The position numbers and the translations under genes are program-made. A DNA stretch of 63,958 bases, filler included, from Thraustochytrium aureum (Eukaryota): assembly GCA_012862495.1 (NCBI GenBank). It is 6 parts of 4 records of this genome, joined end to end, with 100 filler letters (N's around TTAATTAATTAA, not from the genome) between each part and the next. Parts side by side here need not be neighbours in the genome. Positions count along the whole stretch, not along the records: positions 38,640 to 58,619 come from BLSG01000452.1; 5 more parts are not named here. One strand, written 5' to 3'. Under the pieces are notes generated by a model. It was given only the letters and a program-made list of their open reading frames with translations. It was not told the origin of the DNA and searched no databases. This document shows, piece after piece, positions 46,596 through 58,719 of this stretch. Every line of letters starts with the position of its first letter. The first letter of the stretch is position 1.

Positions 46596-48012
46596 GCTGG
46601 GCGTTGGTCTACTCGTCTTGTTGCGGCTTGCAGAAGCAATAGTTAGAGTTGGAGTTGTTGTGTTGTTGTTGTTGTTGTTGTTGTGGGTTTGTGATCCCTT
46701 GCAGCGCGCCTTTCGTGTTCGTACCTGCTCCGTCGCGTCATGCGCCACAGGGAGCGCACTTGCGGCGAGAGCGGGGCCGTGTGCGTGCCGAGTCCTTTCT
46801 GTAGACTCTTTTGACCGGGTGAACGCCTGGCGCTCCGGTTTCTGCGAGCCTGGGGCTGTAGTTGCGCGTTTAGGGCTCGTTCAGCTCAGGTCGCGCGACC
46901 AGGCCAGGCGTTGTGGGAGCGCTTGGGCCGACAGAAAGGCGCTGCAGCAGCGAACGCAGCGCGGCAGCAGCAATGATCTTCGCGCCAGATATGTCGTGCG
47001 ACGCTCGAATTGGGTTTTGCTCGACATGGACCTGGCATGCAGAATGAACGAGGAAACGCGATGACTCGTAAGAGCCCAAAACTGCTCTCGCATCGTGAGT
47101 GGTACTTCGTTTGGCCCGTGTGAGAGCCACAGGCCACAAGGCGGGCACGCACGCACGCAGCGCAGCGCAGAGCAGAGCAGAGCAGCAGCAGCCTGAGCAG
47201 CAGCAACCAATCAATCACTCACAGCCCTTCGGGCTGGCGCCTCGTCGGTTGTCACCGCGTCGGCCGTCTCGTAATGCTCGAAAGCAACGAAGGCAAGTAC
47301 AAGTAGGTAGGCAGAGCAGGCAAGAAAAGAAAAACAAACCACGAGAAACACGGCCCCCCAAGTGTCCTCACAAGCGCGGTTGTCATTCCTTCGGGAGAAG
47401 GTTGAAGGAGGCGCTCCCGATGGGGAAGCACTCTCGCGAACGGGAGGCGCGCGGCCGCATTCGCAAGATACTCCGCCTCACATCCGCTGTGAGAGGCGCC
47501 GCGACTTATTTCCCGAGTGGGGCCATCTGTGAGGACAGAAGGCCGCGAGCGCGATTGAAGTAATGGCGAGAGGCACTCGTAAGAGGAGGGAAGACGGCGG
47601 AGTTTCGCCGAGTGGGGGGAGGAGGCAGGTTCGATTCTCCTCACAAACGGGGCCCTGGAGGGACGGTGCAGATCCTGTGAAGAGCGTTTTTTAAATAGTT
47701 CTGAGGCACACTCGATTGGCTGACTCCCAGGTGACCGCCACCCGACGCGTCGTTCGCTCTATTCCTTTAAAGCACCTCGCCGCCCCTCCCGCGCATGTGC
47801 CGGCGCGCGTCGGCCGCCAAGCAGCAGCGGCGGCGCGCGGGCTTTAAAACCGCGGTGGATGTCACATGGGAGCGTGGCGAGGTTCAGCGGCGCCACACCC
47901 TTGCGCGCCTGCCGGCGCCAGGGCCTTGCCTGCTCCACGAGAGAGGGGGCTGCGAGCTCGCGCGGAGCTCAGCACCGGTTGGCTCGCCCACCGACCCTGG
48001 ACCGGGATTTCA

Positions 48013-48044
<32 letters not shown>

Positions 48045-48070
48045 CGCGTCTGCCTGCCTGCCTGCCTGCG
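48013..48070. repeat. (GCCT)n tetranucleotide microsatellite
   Basis: Visible tandem run; the same motif recurs at ~13507-13530 and ~49293-49320. Confidence 0.9.
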
Positions 48071-50702
48071 TGCGTGTCGGTGCGAGCAGGCCCGATGACT
48101 CCAAGCACGCGGCCCGGACGGGGAAGAGCGTGGCGGGGCGCCACGTCGTTTTGGGCTGCCTACGGCGGTCTCCCGCGCAGGAGGAGGCAGGATGGGCGCA
48201 GAGGGCGTCGTGGACTCTGTGGAGCGGCCGGTGAGGAGGCGGCCTGGCCCGTTCAGGACTCACCGACAAGTGCTCGACGGTGAACACGCGGTGGGCGGCT
48301 CGGACGGGTAGAGTAGGTAGGAAGTGCACAATGGAGCTCCGCCGGGTCGGATTGTTCCGTTGCTTTTCGTTGGTTTTGCTCGTCAAGACACGAGACGGGT
48401 TTGTGGCGTCCCCCCTTTCGCCCTCCCTCTGCGACCGTTTCAAGCGGCGCGAGGGAGCCGGCCCCAGGATCTGTCTGTCATGCGGCGCAACTTGGATCAC
48501 ATGGGCGAGGCGGCCGGCCGCGCTGCGTTGCGCGGGAGCGCCTCTCATCACGCTCTGACGAGCCTCACTGCCGTGTGCTATTCGTGTCCGAAGTCGAGCA
48601 GAAGCTCTCGCTGGCCGGCGGCTCGCTGGCTTGCGCTTGTTTGCAGATTGTGCGTGTCGACCCCGCCTGATTCGCTTCCTGGCACTGCGCTCGCGTTCTC
48701 TCTGTCGGTGCAGGCAGAGTGGAGTAGCGCAGGCTGGGCGCGTCCGCGGTGCCATGACAAGGATCGCCATGCCATGACAAGGATCGCCATCGGAGCTCGA
48801 AGAAGGAAGGAAAGAAGCAAGCAAGCAAGCAAGCAAGCAAGGAAGGGAAAACGACAGCGGCCCGGCCGCCCGAGCTCTCTTCGTTTTTGTTTGTTGACTG
48901 TACCCGTCTTCAGGCTTTCGAAGTAACTCTTGCAAACAACAAAGCGCGAGAGGAGACCGCCCTACCGTTGCCCGTTTGCAGCGGCGGAAGCGTGAGACAG
49001 AGGCGGTTGCAGTGCGCCCCATCGCCAACGGCGGCGCTGCGGCGCCAAGCGGAGCAGGAGGCACCACGTCTCTTTCGTTGTTTGTTTTGTTTGTTTTCTT
49101 GGAGTTGGTTGCCGATCAACGCGCGGCCGGGACGGCCCTTCGCTTCACGGCGCTCTCGAGCTGGCAGCTAGCTAGCTAAAGGTGTGAGGTGGGGCATGAT
49201 GCGTCTCGGTATGACCTATCGTTTGCCGTTTCGCGGGGAGGTGGTGGGGTCGCCTAGGTGGGAATCGCGCTGAGCGCAGCAACACACGCACGCAGGCAGG
49301 CAGGCAGGCGGCTGGCAGGCTGGTTGGCGGAGCAGGGCGATTTCCTGGATACCATTCTGGAGGTTGACATACTCTCATGCTCTTTCTTTCTTGGAAAGGT
49401 GCTCGGGTTCAGCGCAGGGCGTGTCAGGTCCAATGTGCCGCGTGCCGCCGCTTGACCTTGGACGTCCCCATGGAGAGCAAGTTGGAGTGCTGCCCGTGGA
49501 GACGGATTCTGGGCGTATTGCTCCTATGAACGAGGGCCGGGTTGACGAGCTTGATTCACCAGGAGCTCACCGCAAGGCCGCACGCGAGGCTGGATTCTCT
49601 CCTCAACCGCCGTGGTCAACGTTGCGTGTATCGATCGACGAAGCAAAGCGTCCTTGGCCATCCGTCAATCGCCGTCGGTCGTCTCGTGTGGGGAGCGAGC
49701 GAAGGAAGGGCTGGCGCGCTGTATGTTTTTGCGGACGGTGGCTGCAGGCAAGGACCCAGCAAGAAAAGAGCAAGCAAAGCTTGCGTTCGCGGCTGCAGCC
49801 GTTTGGTCCCTCATGTTGCTCTCGTCGCCCAAGGCCAGCGCTGAACCACGGCGCACGCCCAACTCGAACGAACCACCCCCTGCCGCACACCCGCTTGCGC
49901 CGTGCGACGCTTCGCAAGGCTGCCNNNNNNNNNNNNNNNNNNNNNNNNNNNNNNNNNNNNNNNNNNNNNNNNNNNNNNNNNNNNNNNNNNNNNNNNNNNN
50001 NNNNNNNNNNNNNNNNNNNNNNNNNNNNNNNNNNNNNNNNNNNNNNNNNNNNNNNNNNNNNNNNNNNTCAACCGCGGTCGTGCATGTGTTGTTTCGCTTC
50101 GCATCCCACCTTGCCGCTCCTCCGGCGCGCCTGTACGGTAACACAAACGGCCCGGAATCGGTCTGATAGGCGCGCAAGGTGCAGCGCGCTGAACTCTCGC
50201 GCTGAACCAGTCCTGCTCAGGGCCTCCTGCGCTGAACCTTGTCCACCGCCACGCAGGACGCTCGTGACGCCTTGACTTGACTCTTGAGCGGGTGATATTA
50301 CGACAGAGTAAAAAGTTATTTCAATTCATTCAATCAATCAATTTTCAATCAATCAATCAAAAAGGAAAGGAAAATTTGAAAAGTTGTAAAATAAAAATGT
50401 TACAATTATTTTGGAATGGAGGGCTGCAAACGAGCATTACCGGTAGGTACGAGGACCACTCCGGCGAAGGACTCGCAGTTCGCTGGGGTGCAGCGCACCA
50501 GAAGCACATCTATCGGCGAATCAATAGTCAATAAAACTCGTGTTTGACCTGCGTTGTTTCCCCGTTATACCTCCTTCAGTTTCGAAGCTCTAGCACTTAT
50601 TGCCGGGGAAAAGCCCGATAGAGGATCTGGTTGCCTAAAATGAGCGAGATTGCGCAGAGTCCTTCGGCTGTGCTGCTCCAGGGCATCCAAGGGATCCTCT
50701 TC

Positions 50703-50797
50703 GCCTCAGCCTGCCTCAACCGTCCTGCCTCAGCCTTCCTGCCTCAACCTGCCTCAGCCTGCCTCAGCCTGCCTCAGCCTTCCTGCCTCAGCCTGCC
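50703..50797. repeat. Degenerate GCCTCAGCCT tandem repeat upstream of the secreted protein gene
   Basis: About 8 imperfect 10-14 nt units. Confidence 0.85.
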
Positions 50798-50922
50798 CAG
50801 CAGTTGCGTGACGAGGCGCGCCTGGGCGGCCGCCCCTCGCTGCAGATTCTCCTTGGAAGGTTTGGGCTCGGCGTGGTCTTGCTCGCGCTGCCGGCCAGAC
50901 AGCCAGCCAGCCCCTGAAGACG

Positions 50923-52844
50923 ATGCACCGCCTGCGCTGGACCCTGCTCGCGCTGGCGCTCGGCAAGGGGCTCGGAACGGCGCCGCTGGACGTCGAGCTG
51001 GACGCGTCGTGCGCGAGCCGCGTCCTCTGGGCAGGCCGCCAGGTCTTGCTTGAGGGCGCCACGCCGGTTGTTGCAAAGCTCGGCGAACGGGCACCGCTTG
51101 TGTGCAAGGGCCCCCTCCCCATCCAGGGCAGCGACGCTCGCCTTGGGGGCGCGTGGCAGGGCTGGCAAGCCACGCTGGCTGACGGGTCGGGCGAAGACCT
51201 CCTCCGGGTCAGCGTGCGCAGCCTGCAGGACGCTCCCGCGGCAGTCTTCACTTATGAGCTCCTGAGCGAGGTCCGCGTCGGGCTCGACGACATCAACGCG
51301 CTCGCCGTCCAGTTCCCCGCGTTCACGCAAGCGAGCAGCGCGCTGGACGGGCGGCTCGCATGGCAGGGCAGCTTTGTGCAGCCCCAGCATGCTGGCTCGG
51401 GCTGCTCCACGGGTACGCAAGGAGGGCCCTGCGTGCTTTTCGAACGCAACGACCCCACACACGGCAGCGCCGTGGTCCTCTCCGCCCTCGACCAGTTCCT
51501 CACGACCAGTCGTGCCACCGCGCTCTGGAACGGCACCGCGGCTGTCTGGGCCGTCGGCACCGTTGGCTCCATCCGAACGCTCCCAAAGGGGTTCCAGCAC
51601 TCGGCCCTGGTTGTCGCGGGCCTGGACGGCATCACAGACACCCTGTTTTTGTGGGGCGCCCTGATGCGCAGGTACCACTCGACGTGGCGCGTCCCAGACC
51701 TGACCATCTCGACGCTTGGCTACCAGACCGACAATGGAGCGCAGTACTGCTTTGGGTGCGGCAACCAGTGCGACCAGGTCCTCCTCGCCGAGCTCAGCTC
51801 GCTGCGCGCCGCGCAGGTACCGGTGCGCTACCNNNNNNNNNNNNNNNNNNNNNNNNNNNNNNNNNNNNNNNNNNNNNNNNNNNNNNNNNNNNNNNNNNNN
51901 NNNNNNNNNNNNNNNNNNNNNNNNNNNNNNNNNNNNNNNNNNNNNNNNNNNNNNNNNNNNNNNNNNNNNNNNNNNNNNNNNNNNNNNNNNNNNNNNNNNN
52001 NNNNNNNNNNNNNNNNNNNNNNNNNNNNNNNNNNNNNNNNNNNNNNNNNNNNNNNNNNNNNNNNNNNNNNNNNNNNNNNNNNNNNNNNNNNNNNNNNNNN
52101 NNNNNNNNNNNNNNNNNNNNNNNNNNNNNNNNNNNNNNNNNNNNNNNNNNNNNNNNNNNNNNNNNNNNNNNNNNNNNNNNNNNNNNNNNNNNNNNNNNNN
52201 NNNNNNNNNNNNNNNNNNNNNNNNNNNNNNNNNNNNNNNNNNNNNNNNNNNNNTTCCTGGGCCACCACTTGCACCGGCCCGATTCGCGCCGCTCGGTGCG
52301 CCTGCACGAGCTCTGGCCACGATTCAAGCCGGATCACGAGGGCGGCGTCGTCTACGCGCGCCACCATGGCGGGGCCTCTGAGCGGGCCTGCCTCCGCCAC
52401 GGGGCTCTGGCCAGCGAGTGCGTGGACGTGGTTCCAGGCAGGCCCAACGCTACCGTCCAACTCGGCGCCACCGCGGCGCCCTTTGAGCCCGCCCTCGTCA
52501 CAGTCGTCCCTGCCTGCGCCGGCGGCTGGGCGGTGCTCGGCGAGGTCGCCAAGTACGCCTCGCTCTCGCGCCAGCGCTTCCAGAGCGTGGCATGCGTGGC
52601 GCCCTCTGCGCGGCTTCCGCACGGCGCCGTCAACGTGACAATACTCGGTGCGCCGGGCGAGACGGGGACCATAAGCTTTGTGGGCCCTGTGGCCGAAGGT
52701 GGCAAGGCCGAGCTTCGCGTCGCCGTCCGGCAGTACGCGATTCCGCCCGCTGAAGCGGGCGCCACGTCCGGTCTCGGGTCGGCCGACCTGGAGCAGCTCG
52801 AGCCGCAACCGGCGGCGCTCGTCCTCGTCGTGGCCGGGCTCTGA
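50923..52844 (+). CDS. Secreted uncharacterised protein, possible glycoside hydrolase-like; central gap
   Basis: Signal peptide MHRLRWTLLALALGKGLG; GGPCVLF, LFLWGALMRRY, LGYQTDNGAQY, VPVRY|gap and C-terminal WAVLGEVAKYASLSRQRF. Confidence 0.6.
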
Positions 52845-52897
52845 ACCAAACGCTTCACACAACCTTCATTCTTTCTTACAATCGCGCCGGCCATCAG

Positions 52898-54365
52898 CTA
52901 GCTCTCGCGGCCCTGGACCGCGCCCACGTCCGAGACCGAGAGCGACCGCTTGCGCTCGAGCGCGGCGACACCCGTGCCCCCGCCGCTTTCGTCTGGGCCC
53001 GCCGCCACCACAACCGACGTGGGCCGGTCGCGCGTTCCGCGCACGCGGAACGACGACCCGCGCTTGCTAGATGGCCGCGGACCGGGCGGCGGCGGCGGTT
53101 GCGCAGCCGCCGGCGCTGGCGGCGGCATGCGACCGTACTCGCGGAAGAGCTCCTCAAACGACTTCGCCGTCCGGTCGACGAGCTCCAAGTACTCTTCAGC
53201 CGAGAGGGTGCTGGCAAGCTCTTGCTCGCTCGCGTTTGCCTTCGCGGCGCCCGATGCTGGCGCCTTGGAGCCCTTCATCTTGGTCTTGATGCTGGCAAAG
53301 AATTTCCTGTACCCTGGGCGTTTCTTGGCGCCGGCACCGGAGCCCGCGCTGACCGGGCTAGATTCTTCGGCGCTGCCCTCGCCCGCGCCCAGTCCAGGGC
53401 TCTCAGACCCGGCCTGCGCGAGGCCCTCTGCAGAGGCCCGTTCGATCATTAAGGCCATGATGGCCTTGGCGGAGTTGGCCATGCGAAACGACNNNNNNNN
53501 NNNNNNNNNNNNNNNNNNNNNNNNNNNNNNNNNNNNNNNNNNNNNNNNNNNNNNNNNNNNNNNNNNNNNNNNNNNNNNNNNNNNNNNNNNNNNNNNNNNN
53601 NNNNNNNNNNNNNNNNNNNNNNNNNNNNNNNNNNNNNNNNNNNNNNNNNNNNNNNNNNNNNNNNNNNNNNNNNNNNNNNNNNNNNNNNNNNNNNNNNNNN
53701 NNNNNNNNNNNNNNNNNNNNNNNNNNNNNNNNNNNNNNNNNNNNNNNNNNNNNNNNNNNNNNNNNNNNNNNNNNNNNNNNNNNNNNNNNNNNNNNNNNNN
53801 NNNNNNNNNNNNNNNNNNNNNNNNNNNNNNNNNNNNNNNNNNNNNNNNNNNNNNNNNNNNNNNNNNNNNNNNNNNNNNNNNNNNNNNNNNNNNNNNNNNN
53901 NNNNNNNNNNNNNNNNNNNNNNNNNNNNNNNNNNNNNNNNNNNNNNNNNNNNNNNNNNNNNNNNNNNNNNNNNNNNNNNNNNNNNNNNNNNNNNNNNNNN
54001 NGGTTCAGGTCGCACGAGGCCCGCACGTGCTCGCAAATTTGCCTGACCGTCTCCAAGTCCGCGCCAAACAGGGTCCTCGCGTCGCCGGCCGGCTCCACGC
54101 CGCCGGCCCCCTCCGTCGCCCGCGGCCCAGGCGGTTTCCTCGCAGCCGTGGGCGGCATCGGCGCGGCCCTATGCCTCTTCTGCACGACGACCTCCACAGC
54201 CGAGCGTGGCGCGCTGGCGCCCGCGCTGGCCTCGTCCGCGCCATCTAGCGTCACCCCATCGCCGCCGCCGTCCATCGCGGCGCCGTCCATCGCTGCGCCG
54301 TCCTTCGCTGCGCCGTCCATCGCTGCGCCGTCCATCGCTGCGCCGTCCATCGCTGCGCCGTCCAT
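52898..54365 (-). CDS. Possible RhoGAP-domain protein with N-terminal MDGAA repeats; core hidden in gap
   Basis: TLFGADLE before the gap and ANSAKAIMALMIERA after it resemble the first and last elements of a RhoGAP domain. The ~510-nt gap fits the missing core. Confidence 0.4.
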
Positions 54366-54445
54366 CGCGCGCCGTCCATCGCGGCGCCGTCCATCGCGGC
54401 GCCGTCCTTCGCGGCGCCGTCCTTCGCGGCGCCATCCTTCGCGCG
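54265..54445. repeat. 15-bp minisatellite CGCCGTCC(A/T)TCGC(T/G)G, about 12 copies (minus strand encodes [M/K]DGAA)
   Basis: Directly visible; one unit near 54368 is 14 nt, which shifts the frame. Confidence 0.92.
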
Positions 54446-55934
54446 CCGCATCGGGAGGGGACCGTGGTGGAATATGTGCGAGCGAGCGCCGCCCACTGGT
54501 AGAAGGCCGAAGAGCACGAAGGCGCGCCGCGGACCCGGCGGGCGCAGTGCGGCTGGCCGCCTCCGCAGACAGACGCACAGACCACCACGCGAGCGAGAGC
54601 GGCTCTGCGCGGCTCTGTTGCCTGGTCTCGTGCTGCATGGATTGTTCAAAACGTTTACTTGACGTTTGGTATTTGATTGCTTGGTTTCCTCTGTGTTTAC
54701 CTTGACTTTCAAGATTCAGTATCGGAGTTTGTTCTTGAAACTTCGTATTTGTTAATTGGATGTTGGGGTTGTTCGTGGGTGGATTTCGTTTTGTTCCTTA
54801 GCGATGCTGCTGGGGAGGGCTCTGCGTTTCTGAATCCGGTGATCTGGTGATCTGGTGATCTTGGTGACCTTGGTGATCGTGGTCCAGGGCGAGGCGCCGT
54901 GGCTCTGCATCGCTGAGGCAGCCTCGGAGGGACTGCGAGGCTGGGTTGGCTGGGAAGAGCGCCTTGGAAGCGCGATCGACGGCTCGAGTGCCAGCTCAAC
55001 TTGCGCTGGTAGGTGCTTTGTCCGGGAAAGACCCGTTTTGACCGACTGGATGGTGCCATCCATTCTCATCTGCGAAGCAGTCAACGCGTTCGTTTCCGAT
55101 GCAGAACAGCAGCAGAGCAGGGCGGGGCGATGCCCTCGTCAAGGACCTCGTCTGGAACTCTGCAGCTCGTTCTTGGCTCGGCGCGCCACCCATCACTTTT
55201 CTCGTCATCAAAAGCAATTGGGCAGACGTGGGACGCCAGCTCGGCCGGGCCGTCCTGGGCCGTGCAAGAACGCTCTACTCTACCTTTAGAGAGCCAGCGA
55301 GAGACTTTCGTTTGCATCAAGCATTGGCCGAGGCTTCACGTCCTTTCACGTCCTCGCAAGGCGCCGACGCCTCACCAAACGCCCTCGCGCCTCGTTGGCT
55401 TGTGCGCCTCCCAGGTGCTACCCCATCCCAGGCCCAGCGGCGCGCAGGTGGATTCCACCACGCAGCCTGGACTCCCGCATGCAGGCAGACGCAGGCGCTC
55501 CAGCTCTAGCTCTAGAGCGAGAGAGAACGACGTCGAGCAAGTCGCAACGCCCAGGAAAACCCACGCCTGAACTGTCTGTCCTCCNNNNNNNNNNNNNNNN
55601 NNNNNNNNNNNNNNNNNNNNNNNNNNNNNNNNNNNNNNNNNNNNNNNNNNNNNNNNNNNNNNNNNNNNNNNNNNNNNNNNNNNNNNNNNNNNNNNNNNNN
55701 NNNNNNNNNNNNNNNNNNNNNNNNNNNNNNNNNNNNNNNNNNNNNNNNNNNNNNNNNNNNNNNNNNNNNNNNNNNNNNNNNNNNNNNNNNNNNNNNNNNN
55801 NNNNNNNNNNNNNNNNNNNNNNNNNNNNNNNNNNNNNNNNNNNNNNNNNNNNNNNNNNAAAGGCACCCGCCGCGGGCCGCCGCACGGCCTCTGCGGCGAA
55901 ACGGTTGCCTGGCAGGCAGGGGCCTGCGCGCGGG

Positions 55935-56901
55935 ATGGGGCTGGGCGCGTCCAGACAAGATGCTGGGTCGCTGGCCCCCGAGACGCTCGTGGGCGCGACC
56001 GTAGAGGTGGCGAGCGGCGTCCTCGTCCACGTGGAACGCGAGCTCGCGGATGGCGGGTTTAGCACGGTGTTCGTGGGCGTGCGGGACGGCGGTAAAGTGG
56101 CGCTCAAGAGGGTGCTGACGCAGACCGCCGAGCAGGAGAGCGCGGCGCTTCGCGAGGTCGCCGCGCACGGCGCGCTCGGCGGAGCCCGACACGCCGCCGC
56201 ACATCGTGCCCCTGCTGGCGAGCAGGATGCTGCTTTCTGCGCGCGTCCCGCGCGGCAAGGAGCTGTACATGGTGTTTCCGCTGCTGAAGCGGTCGCTGTT
56301 GGAGGTCGCGCTCTCGCAGGCCATGGAGCTGGACGACCTGCTCGAGGCATTCAGGGGCGCCTGCGCCGGTGCCGAGGAGATGCACCGGCGCGGACTGAGC
56401 CACCGCGACATAAAGCCCGCCAACATCATGCTGGACGACAAAAGCGTGCCGTATCTGATGGACTTTGGCTCGTGCGAGCGGCTCAAGGTCAAGATTGCGT
56501 CGCGTCAGGAGGCTCTCAATGCCCAGGACAGGGCCGAGGCCAACAGCTCTGCTCCATACCGCGCCCCAGAGCTTTGGGACGTCCCCTCGCGCTGCACGCT
56601 GCACGGGGATCGCATCGACGTCTGGGCGCTGGGCTGCACGCTCTTCGCGCTCACCTTTGGCCGGGGCTACTCGCCATTTGAGACTGCCGAGCGCGGGCTC
56701 GAGTCGCTGGCCATTCGAAATGGCGTTGTGCGTTTCGACGAGGCTAGCCCTTTCAAGGGCACAAGGGCAGAGGAGATCATTCGTGCGATGTTGTGCGTGG
56801 TGCCCAAGGAGCGGATCAAGCTCTCGGCCTTCCTTGCCCCGGAGGCGGGCGGCGAAGCCGCTGCGGCCCCCGCCCCTGCGCCCCCAACAGCTAGTATCTG
56901 A
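55935..56901 (+). CDS. STK16: NAK-family Ser/Thr kinase, STK16/MPSK1-like; frameshift near 56185
   Basis: MGLGAS myristoylation-type start; LADGGFSTVF, VALKRV, HRDIKPAN, LMDFGS, ALNAQDRAEANSSAPYRAPELWDV, IDVWALGCTLF. Confidence 0.82.
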
Positions 56902-58068
56902 CTGACAGCATTTTGACCCTGCCCTGCGCCTCCTACAGACTGGCAAGCCAACGCTCTCCTCGGTTTTGGCGGTATGCGAGAGCCTCGATCGAGGCTACTC
57001 ACTTGATTGTCTGGCTGTCTGGCCGCCTGCTGCCGCTGCCACAAAGCTCAACACCGCGTGCGTGTTGCCAACTCGATCGCGCGTCAACGGTTTGTTCAGC
57101 TCCAAATACCGAGCAAGCACGCCGCCACACACAGAGCCGACCAATGGAAGGAAGCGAGGAAGGCGCAGGCTTGGCGTTGCGCAGCAACCAGCCACCGCTT
57201 CTGCGCAACGCTTGTGCAAGAGCAGAGCCGTAAGAGCCTCCGCAGCGTCGTGGGACGACCATGCACCAGCCGCCGTTGGGCCGCACATTTATCAATGATT
57301 TTTTTCATCGAGATTTCTCTCGAGCCCGACGACCCACCCTGGCCAACCCCATCCGTCCAGCCAGCCAGCATCCATCCAAGCCAGCCAGCCAGCCAGCCCA
57401 GTCACGCGGGAAAGAAGGCAGGACATCAGGATTGGAGGCTCCCTCGGGCCGCGCCTGCTCTTGCGCGCGGCGGGCGTACCGTAGGTTGATTGGTTTGGTT
57501 TTGTTTGGTGGGCTTTGTTTGGGACGCCCCAAGCGACACGTCTGTCGTTCACGCGCGTGCCGCGGCGAGAGTGGACTTTGGCAGTTGGTTCGTCGGCGAG
57601 GTTGGTCGTTGGGCGGCTCCGCGCGACCAGCAGCAGACGGGCGGATCGGCGCGCGGTTGGTGAATTTGGGAGTGGTCTGCAAGATCTTGCTGCAAGAGTT
57701 ATCGTTGTCTTCCTCTTGCTCGACATGGCGGCCGCGGTAGCAGAGCATGCGGAGTGACGTCTGCCGAGAACGCCCTGCCGAGCTTTGCCGTTCACTGCCC
57801 TCACTAATCGTTACGCGCACCAACTCACTGACAGAATCAGGAGGCTGACTGCGCTGTCTCGCCCGCATCCGGCTGCTTGATCCTCAAAGCACTTGGCCAG
57901 CTCGCAAGCGCTCGCAGCCAGAGCAGGCCGGCGCCAGGCACTCACTCAGTCACTCAGTCAGTCGTGCTGGCTGCCTGGCTTTTGCTGTGGAGAGGGTTTC
58001 CGAGTGGAGGCGGAACTTGCAGACGGACCATCAACAAGGGACGCAAGTCACGCCCCAGGCCGAGGGCG

Positions 58069-58619
58069 ATGCTATGGGAACGCGTAGCACGGCGCAAGTA
58101 CGTGCTCAAAAGAGACGGCCCAGAAGCGAGCCCGCGCTCCGAATCGGAGAGCAGCCACCCCGGGTTGAGGGGCTGCAAGCCAGAGCCGCCAAACCGCGCG
58201 CCAGGCATGGGCGCCTCGGCACACTCGGCCGCGCTCTCGCGCGAGCTGGTAGAGTGTGCTAGCAGCGGCGACCTGAGCCGCATCGAGCAACTTCTCTGCG
58301 ACTATCGCGCCGACCCGGGAGCGAACAACAGCGCTGCGCTGTGCCGAGCCTGCCTCTTTGGCCATGCCCAAGTCGTGGACCTCTTGATGCGAGACGCGCG
58401 CGTCGACCCATCTGCAGCCGACAATCAGGCCATCTGCTGGGCGGCTGAGCGCGGCCACGTCGAGGTGGTCGAGCTCCTCTTGCGGGATGCTCGCGTCGAC
58501 CCTGGGGCCAGGAATGGCCTTGCGCTACGTGCAGCAACCATCGTCTCGGACCCCGCCCTGGCCATGTGCCTGCTGGACGACCCACGGGTCGACCCGCGCG
58601 TTCACAACAACTTAGCGCT
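58069..58619 (+). CDS. Ankyrin-repeat protein (RVDP-type repeats), truncated at scaffold end
   Basis: Repeats such as RVDPSAADNQAICWAAERGHVEVVELLLRDARVDP; an alternative ATG lies at 58207. Confidence 0.85.
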
Positions 58620-58663
58620 NNNNNNNNNNNNNNNNNNNNNNNNNNNNNNNNNNNNNNNNNNNN

Positions 58664-58675
58664 TTAATTAATTAA
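58664..58675. other. Artificial scaffold linker TTAATTAATTAA
   Basis: Same linker flanked by N runs. Confidence 0.97.
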
Positions 58676-58719
58676 NNNNNNNNNNNNNNNNNNNNNNNNN
58701 NNNNNNNNNNNNNNNNNNN

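Noticed and set aside
47590..47650. tRNA or tRNA-derived SINE suggested by GGTTCGATTC (B-box/T-loop-like)
   Set aside because: I cannot build an acceptor stem, D-arm or anticodon arm; only a short GAGGAG/CTCCTC hairpin is present.
57292..57868. Minus-strand ORFs between STK16 and the ankyrin gene
   Set aside because: Low-complexity Arg/Pro/Ser text running through microsatellites, with no family signal.
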